A stretch of 64,000 bases of DNA, the filler included, from Myxococcota bacterium (lineage in GTDB: Bacteria; Myxococcota_C; UBA6777): assembly GCA_023150835.1 (NCBI GenBank). It is 10 parts of 10 records of this genome, joined end to end, with 100 filler letters (N's around TTAATTAATTAA, not from the genome) between each part and the next. Parts side by side here need not be neighbours in the genome. Positions count along the whole stretch, not along the records: positions 55,407 to 64,000 come from JAKLKB010000188.1; 9 more parts are not named here. The stretch is one strand, 5' to 3'. The notes under the pieces were generated by a model. That model did no database searches. It saw nothing but the letters and a program-made list of their open reading frames with translations, and was not told where the DNA came from. Shown here piece after piece: positions 58,401-64,000 of this stretch. Position 1 is the first letter of the stretch; each line of letters begins with the position of its first letter. The translations under genes were made by a program, and so were the position numbers.

Positions 58401-61400
58401 GCCGACGCATCGAACGCCATCTCCTCGAACATCCGTTGTCTGTCCCCGAGCAAGCCCGTGCGCTGTTTGCACGCCTCCTTGAATCCGCCACACAGGACGA
58501 CTTGGCTTCTTTTCAACACACCTACACCGCGCTCGCTCACCTCTGGCAACACGCCCCCTCTTCCCAACAAAAACAGATGCTTCTGTCTCTCCCCCAAGAA
58601 GAACTGCTTTTCCCAACCCTCACCTCCCAATGGCTGCCTCTCTCGCGTATCCTTTTGCCAGACTCCGAAGATCGCGATGTTCTGGCTCGGCTCCTCGGAC
58701 CCTCGTTGCAGTTTCACGTCCCCCAACACCCCGCAGCAGTAGCCTTCGCACACGCGATCGGGATCGCCAAAGAACCCGACAGCAAAACGCTTCGACAACG
58801 CCTTGATCACCTCGCATCCACCGAAGATTACAAAGCCTTCGCTCGCTATCTTAGCCGCCACCCACAATGCCTCCCCATCGAATCCCTGCGATCCACCACG
58901 TGGATACTCGATGATCAACAAGCGGCTCGCCATCCAAGCGATCTCTACTGGTTCGACGAACGCATCCAACGCCTAACCCTCGACGCGCCCGGGATCTTCC
59001 CTGATGCTTTTTACGAAGACCTCCTTCCGACAGCCCTCCACAAACCGCTGCGCTTTCGCTCGATCAAAGACCTCGGCCTTCTCGATGTTCTCCCTGCACG
59101 TCCTGATCACGCAACGCTCGATCAAGACGTGCTTTTGTGGATCGAACACGGACTCGAAGATCGCCGCTTTGCGCGAGACCTACTCCAAACACATACCAGC
59201 CGCCTGACCTTGTCTTGCCACGATGGACAACCGCGCCCTCCGCGCCTTGTGCTTGCGCTTCCACCGACACCGCTTTTCGCCGATCTACGCGGCTTTTGGC
59301 CCGAAGGCGCGCACCGCTATCCTCTCTTTTGCAAAGCCCTGAATATCCCCACACAGATATCCTCCGATCTTGTGCGCAACTTCCTCGAACACATCGGACA
59401 ATCCGCACGCCAAGATCCACAGATCCTGCACAAACACCCTTCCCTGCTAGATGCCCTCCCCCGCTGCTACGCCTATCTCCACCCACAGCAAAGCACCCTC
59501 CGTACCAAGCTGCCCGTCTTTCTCGCCGAACGCATCGACCCCCAACGCACGCAGCCCTCAAACAAGGCCCATCCCCAAAGAGATCCATCACACTTCGCGT
59601 TGTTGTCGAGCGATGCCAAGGGCTTCTTCGTCTGCCAACGCCCCACCCTGATCGCACCGTACCGCAGTCTCAGCTTTTCTCTTGCGGCGCTCGGTCCTGC
59701 GGATATCGCCCCCGATGCTGCGGCCTTTGCCTTGGCTTGTGGTGTCCCCGCCTTTGAATCCTGCATCAGCATCAAGATCTCTACCAAGGCCGGAAAAGAC
59801 ACCACCCAGCGCCACACCGAAACCCTCGACCGACTGCGCGAACTGATCGAGGCGCTGCGCTCCGTCCTGCCGCGTGTACAAGCCCAACGCGGCGGTCCAG
59901 ATACTGATTGGACTTTTGCTGATCAACTTGGCGCACTTCTTCAACCCAACGCCATCCACGTCTTCCAAGGACTCCACGTCAAAGCCTCCCTCAAAGACGT
60001 TGGAAAGCTCGATATCCCCGAGATGATCACCTATGATCCCCAAAAACACCGCCTGATGCTCGACGAAAAACTCTTGCGCTCTCTCTCCGACGCCACTCCT
60101 CGCCTCGCTTCCACTCTCGCACCGCTTGTCCACCGCGACCCACAACAACAAGCTCTCCCCGATATGATCGAACTGTTGTTGCGTTGCCAAACCCTCCCCG
60201 CCATGCAGCAATACCTCGACCAACGCCACTTTCCACGCGCCATCCTCGCCCAAAAACACAACAAGAAAAAACCCGACCACACCTCCTCCAAACACGCCGA
60301 TCCCCACAACGCAAGCGCCGAATACGCCGATCCCCACAACGCAAGTTCCGAATACGACGACCTTTACAACACCTCCGATGCTTTTGATCCATCTCGCCCC
60401 GATCAAGCCCCCTCCCCACAACCCGCCACCCAAGGCTTTCTCCGCGATCTCTGGTCTCGCTTCTTCCGCAAACCACCCACCACACCAACCCGCCCCACAA
60501 ACACCGATAAACCCGACAAAAACGCCGACACATCCGATAAAAACAAAAACAACAACAGCATCGACAAAAGCAACAACAGCATCGACAAAAACGCCGACGC
60601 ATCCGATAAAAACAAAAACAACAACAGCATCGACAAAAGCGCCGACACATCCGACAAAAACAACGCTTCGCCCAAAAAGCCCACACCACCGCCCAAACAA
60701 GAGCGCCCCTCTCCCTCTCCCATCGACGATGCGCCCGACCGCGATCACTCGCCGCCCTCTCGCTTCCTCGACGCCTTCAATCGCCTACTCCAACGGCAAA
60801 GCCGCCCTTCCAAACAGCACGACCCAAACGATGCCTTCCCTCGCCATGACGCTCACGATCCCAAGCCACCCTTCCCTTACGAAGACAGCGATCACGACAA
60901 CACCGCACCTTCCGATCCCAACGACTGGAACCGTCCAAGCGACTCCATCGGCCCACAACTTGATTTCGACGCGGGCCGATTTAGCCAACACGCCCCAAAT
61001 CCCCAAGACATCGGACTCTTTCATCAGCCGACCGCTCTTCCGCACCCTTACCGTTATGCTCTCCACACCGTCACGGGCTACTTCGACCCCCGCACCCAAC
61101 GTTGGTCGCCCACGCCGCTCAAGGCCCCGTTGATCTGGCAACACGGCCCCAAGCTCGGCTCCCTCCTCCTCCAAGGAAACCTCCCCCCCGGCCTGATCCA
61201 ACTTCCGATGCCTTTGTACAGCGCAAGCAATGCACCCCCCGAGATCACCTGCAACGGCGAAACGGTCGATTACAGGGTCAAGACCGCCACGCCCGACACA
61301 TGGCAGATCCAGATCAATGCCCCAAGCACCGCCACGATCCGCTACGCCCTCGACCTCTATTCGCCCCCACCCATCGCCTCCCAAGGCTCCATCCACCCCA

Positions 61401-62257
61401 ACAAACACTACTCCCAGCCCACCGCACGGCGCGAAGATCTCCCTCCTGCCTTGCAAGACTTTTTGGCCGACCTCCAATCGAGCGATCTGAGCGCACTCGA
61501 AAAAGCCCGACGGATCGAACAATTGGTGCGCAAGCGTTATCTCTACGAGATGGAATACGCCAAACGACCTGCGGTTCGCGCTGCCCGCGAGCGCATCCAT
61601 CAAGATCGCCGCCCCCTCCAAAATGATGCGCTGATCCTTTTGCATGCCGGTCAACACGGGGCCTATTGGGGGGTGGGCGTCTGTCACGGACTCAATCTCT
61701 TGATCGCCGAGATGCTCCGACAAGTCGGTATACCAAGCGCCATCGCAACCTGTTGGGTTCTCGATCAAGGCTTCCTCTCCCGCCCTGATCACTTGATCGC
61801 CTTGGCGTTGCTCCCCACCGAAGGCGGTCTGACCGCCCTTCCTCTCGACGGCGCGGTCAACCACCAAGATCGTGTTCTTCACAGCGCCTCCCCTCCCCCT
61901 CCCAAAAATATCCCCGATCTCCCGAGTCTTCCACCGCCCAACACCCAACGCGCCGCACTGATCGAGCAGATCGCACTTTACCAGCGGCTGCTCACCCGCC
62001 TTCAAACACCGCTGCCTCTTCCTTCTCTCGAAGAACTCGACTTCAACGCGCTCCAGCGGCAATTCCAAGCCATCCGCCAACACCTGCTCGATGCGTTAGG
62101 CTCCAAACATCTGCTTCATCGCTTGCTTGCGATCCTTGATGCAGGTGAACTCCGCACCGAACACCTCGACCCCACCCTCCAAACTCTCCTCGATCGCGGC
62201 TTGATCCAAGCCGAGCAGCACACCACTTGGCAGATCCGCCCCCGTGATCGCAACTAA
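55409..62257 (+). CDS. Giant protein (>2280 aa, 5' partial) with sacsin-like repeats and a C-terminal transglutaminase-like domain
   Basis: Frame open from the contig start; recurring [LF]P[LI]F-x4-G-like motifs; GVCHGLN...DHLIA...PLDG triad. Confidence 0.85.
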   Translation, partial: LHDPLWKPLVDALPLLLAAQPLFPDTTDTLRSPHTLYLAPPSVALLLDPIPLPHAIFFPFLPTKTTEPSASPTPKQTNAHDSIPPERWPARLDVQPEEALRLQQLGVPTFTLPMWLDLLALWLHDHPEGAPPPEKLASLFASPRIDRLYQQLTHLLQSQTAEDPSHSQASLQQLRELPLLLGEDGGLYRPSRGQIALGIPAIRQAWGSQQRFLPQHLQDQASDLFRHLSIPTRDFRDLANKISQTLATTDFSIDPHLHIQKNIPPLRLTLQDYTRCWPVPRASLLDSLTHATENERKAFARLPLFLAHDQHLYPLAQDPQDNGAFFLPPSPAYKAAFALLSPQFPLLSEDPSIRQHFPTLSLYPSALVALITHHAERFHDHLLDLHAVFGLIADDLTHTQLHALCKAPLWLTTQQRITSIDAPDAPMLTHDPDLPRFLPLREFIHPEIAAQPHTRLLPVSSYGITDLFEMLLAADPPLEAFQSYLLKHASRLRTLPFDQRAKAPLFLDQHDTRQPAQALSRSPAPAWLPFLQRRGERRYLAAHPPEQSTLLQALDLESVLRSVAPAEILRESFQQLHTFEPQEKQLLLRLILQHIDALPFGLLEMTRKSPIFPDTSGAFAPLADWDKTPWHEHFPKHLIFRCGPPLLRTILEQAGFRLLALDTQDAIHPLFQPLSVRDASLGDLLAVLRHAPPSSEKLSSIILPLIRRFFQQHLDDLRTLFPKMSRPHRADGHPDLEALPLFSNQLQQPTPLSQLTDSPLLDDLWGHESAWQRRRLHPNEQADLTAFSGLMAPSSVVEVLRNVLDEIALPLRPLAEQPAPLASLEHLQQHLQRLSPLCSAAELSEMPLWADRKSRLRKGPLSRQGTHHAAWLEGLSITNELLHPSLESALTNDLRHAFPEISVFHLLDAFSNGAFPDQPVSKHPTLNTLERRKLFYDFLLQRWDALCTDERSAKRLRTSALFATTDAKLHSLYEIDWSTPPHDPQQPRPETLIPSELCRRIERHLLEHPLSVPEQARALFARLLESATQDDLASFQHTYTALAHLWQHAPSSQQKQMLLSLPQEELLFPTLTSQWLPLSRILLPDSEDRDVLARLLGPSLQFHVPQHPAAVAFAHAIGIAKEPDSKTLRQRLDHLASTEDYKAFARYLSRHPQCLPIESLRSTTWILDDQQAARHPSDLYWFDERIQRLTLDAPGIFPDAFYEDLLPTALHKPLRFRSIKDLGLLDVLPARPDHATLDQDVLLWIEHGLEDRRFARDLLQTHTSRLTLSCHDGQPRPPRLVLALPPTPLFADLRGFWPEGAHRYPLFCKALNIPTQISSDLVRNFLEHIGQSARQDPQILHKHPSLLDALPRCYAYLHPQQSTLRTKLPVFLAERIDPQRTQPSNKAHPQRDPSHFALLSSDAKGFFVCQRPTLIAPYRSLSFSLAALGPADIAPDAAAFALACGVPAFESCISIKISTKAGKDTTQRHTETLDRLRELIEALRSVLPRVQAQRGGPDTDWTFADQLGALLQPNAIHVFQGLHVKASLKDVGKLDIPEMITYDPQKHRLMLDEKLLRSLSDATPRLASTLAPLVHRDPQQQALPDMIELLLRCQTLPAMQQYLDQRHFPRAILAQKHNKKKPDHTSSKHADPHNASAEYADPHNASSEYDDLYNTSDAFDPSRPDQAPSPQPATQGFLRDLWSRFFRKPPTTPTRPTNTDKPDKNADTSDKNKNNNSIDKSNNSIDKNADASDKNKNNNSIDKSADTSDKNNASPKKPTPPPKQERPSPSPIDDAPDRDHSPPSRFLDAFNRLLQRQSRPSKQHDPNDAFPRHDAHDPKPPFPYEDSDHDNTAPSDPNDWNRPSDSIGPQLDFDAGRFSQHAPNPQDIGLFHQPTALPHPYRYALHTVTGYFDPRTQRWSPTPLKAPLIWQHGPKLGSLLLQGNLPPGLIQLPMPLYSASNAPPEITCNGETVDYRVKTATPDTWQIQINAPSTATIRYALDLYSPPPIASQGSIHPNKHYSQPTARREDLPPALQDFLADLQSSDLSALEKARRIEQLVRKRYLYEMEYAKRPAVRAARERIHQDRRPLQNDALILLHAGQHGAYWGVGVCHGLNLLIAEMLRQVGIPSAIATCWVLDQGFLSRPDHLIALALLPTEGGLTALPLDGAVNHQDRVLHSASPPPPKNIPDLPSLPPPNTQRAALIEQIALYQRLLTRLQTPLPLPSLEELDFNALQRQFQAIRQHLLDALGSKHLLHRLLAILDAGELRTEHLDPTLQTLLDRGLIQAEQHTTWQIRPRDRN

Positions 62258-62297
62258 CGCGACCCCCTGAAATCTGTGATTTTTTAGAGGATCTTAT

Positions 62298-62471
62298 ACG
62301 ATATCCCAGTGATGTGTGATCGTAAGATAGTACGTAGACGACCGATTCTTGGGCAGCCACACCTGTCTGCCCCTACATTTTTACGATCACACTACGGGCG
62401 GATCTCGTATGATGGGGTTCCACCCCATACCCCGCTTCCTTAGCGCGGCTCCCTTGACCCCGTATTTGGCG
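62298..62471 (-). repeat. REP element followed by a partial triple-hairpin repeat
   Basis: GGGCAGCCACACCTGTCTGCCCCTAC, then TGGGGTTCCACCCCA...GCTCCCTTGACCCCG. Confidence 0.8.
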
Positions 62472-62480
62472 ACAAGATCA

Positions 62481-63053
62481 TCAGAGTTGCGTAGCTTGTT
62501 CGGAAGGCAAGGGGAGGAAGATACGTTGGCGATAAAAGCGCAACTCATCGACAGATTCACGGATGTCATCAAGCGCGAGGTGGCTTTGCTTTTTGGGGGG
62601 GGCGTGCATCTCGGGCGGATACCAGCGGCGCACAAGCTCTTTGATCGAGGAAACGTCGACATTTCGGTAATGAAAGTGTGCTTCGAGCTTCGGCATATAT
62701 TTCAGCAGAAAAAGCCGATCTTGGAAGATGGTATTGCCGCAAAGAGGGCTTGTGAACGGGTAGGTGTAAAGCTGCAAAAAGTCTAGCGTGGCTTCTTCGG
62801 CGTCTTGCATGGAGACATGGGAGGTGCGCACACGCTCCAACAAGCCGCTCTGTCCGTGATGTGTCGTATTCCACTCGTCCATCGCCTGCAAGACTTCTTC
62901 GGGCTGATAGATCGCCATCACGGGGCCTTCCGCCACCAAGTTCAATTCGGCATCCGTCACCAACGTCGCGATCTCAAGAATCGTACTCGTCCGAATATCC
63001 AACCCCGTCATCTCCAAATCGATCCAGATCAGATGCGTTTTCTCTTGTGACAC
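62481..63053 (-). CDS. orn: Oligoribonuclease
   Basis: LIWIDLEMTGLD, HHGQSGL, FHYRNVDVSSIKEL, HLALDDIRES; AAGGAG RBS before GTG 63053. Confidence 0.96.
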   Translation of the reverse strand: MSQEKTHLIWIDLEMTGLDIRTSTILEIATLVTDAELNLVAEGPVMAIYQPEEVLQAMDEWNTTHHGQSGLLERVRTSHVSMQDAEEATLDFLQLYTYPFTSPLCGNTIFQDRLFLLKYMPKLEAHFHYRNVDVSSIKELVRRWYPPEMHAPPKKQSHLALDDIRESVDELRFYRQRIFLPLPSEQATQL

Positions 63054-63379
63054 AGACTGCTCCTTTCGCTTTTTTTTGCAAACCGATACCACCGTAAAGC
63101 CAAATAAACACAAACACCCGCTTTTTTAACGGATAGATATGTACCACGCAAGGTGTACCGTGCGCAGGCAGTACGAATCAATTGACCCATGCCCCCTTGG
63201 CCCTGCGCTGGCGAAACAAGCAGGCGTTTTTCAAACAAACGACTCCACCGATCGAAGGCTTGCGAACACAGAGGGTTTCTTGGTAGTATCACTCAAGTGC
63301 ATGAGGCTACCTCGTTTCATTTCTAAACCATGCAGAAGGCAAAAACAACCTACAAAAGTTTACAGGAAGGAGCGTCAAC

Positions 63380-63826
63380 GTGTTGAAAAAGGCCGAAAAG
63401 AGCATCGACCTGAGCGCTTTAGAGATTCAAAACTACACGCAGGAACAAGTGGCAAGTTTCCGTATCGTGAGGGAAGACTACCCAGAACAGTTGGAGCCTG
63501 TACTCAAAGGACTGGTCAACGATCCGACGTTGGTTGAAGTGAAAGGCGTGAATTATGGAGAGCTTCAAGATCGATTGAAAAAAGCCATGGAGTTGAAAGA
63601 AGCAGAAGACTGGCTGGAGAAGAAATGGAAGCTGATTCAAGAAAACCGAAGAGCCGTCTTGTCGGGCATTAAAGAGCAGATGGATCGCGTGGTGGAAGTG
63701 GCAAAGGTTCAATCACAAGCGGATCCCCAAGTGACTACGTTGTTCGCGGATTTCTTGGATTATCGGGCAACTCCGGGGAAAAAAGCTGCCGCAACAAAAA
63801 AGAAAAAAGCGCAAAGCCAAGGATAA
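63380..63826 (+). CDS. Hypothetical coiled-coil/helical protein with a basic C-terminal tail
   Basis: AAGGAG RBS before GTG; 148 aa ending KKAAATKKKK. Confidence 0.82.
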   Translation: MLKKAEKSIDLSALEIQNYTQEQVASFRIVREDYPEQLEPVLKGLVNDPTLVEVKGVNYGELQDRLKKAMELKEAEDWLEKKWKLIQENRRAVLSGIKEQMDRVVEVAKVQSQADPQVTTLFADFLDYRATPGKKAAATKKKKAQSQG

Positions 63827-63840
63827 AAGCAACATACCCT

Positions 63841-63992
63841 TACAAGTCTAAGCCAGCCTTTACAAGTCTAAGCCAGCCTTTACAAGTCTAAGCCAGCCTT
63901 TACAAGTCTAAGCCAGCCTTTACAAGTCTAAGCCAGCCTTTACAAGTCTAAGCCAGCCTTTACAAGTCTAAGCCAGCCTTTACAAGTCTAAG
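63841..63992. repeat. 20-bp perfect tandem repeat x7.6
   Basis: TACAAGTCTAAGCCAGCCTT. Confidence 0.95.
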
Positions 63993-64000
63993 AGGGTGTT

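Overview
The window is ten concatenated contigs, joined by nine 100-bp N/TTAATTAATTAA spacers, from a GC-rich bacterium. Gene content (Cys-rich surface proteins, lipoproteins, helical hypothetical families) suggests Myxococcota or a related deltaproteobacterial MAG; this is an inference. Core genes are hrpB, mnmE, bcp, ddl-ftsQ-ftsA (no ftsZ), nupC, hslVU, an NFACT gene, ethylmalonyl-CoA mutase and orn. Accessory and defence content includes an AAA-ATPase plus TOPRIM-like pair, a YhdJ-type type II RM cassette flanked by two broken copies of a defensin-like peptide gene, hsdR and HipA/DUF3037 deletion remnants, a calpain-like protease and a >2280-aa sacsin-repeat/transglutaminase protein. The non-coding DNA is unusually structured: GTAG-type REPs, a covarying triple-hairpin repeat, a 25-bp element terminus present three times, and CACGGAAAG-seeded tandem expansions. 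The best candidates for undescribed biology are (i) helical hypothetical genes followed immediately by tandem arrays with near helical-turn periodicity, and (ii) a kb-scale sawtooth G/C skew that appears to reset at intergenic repeats. No rRNA, tRNA, CRISPR or transposase gene was recognised. All family calls come from motif recognition, not from database searches.
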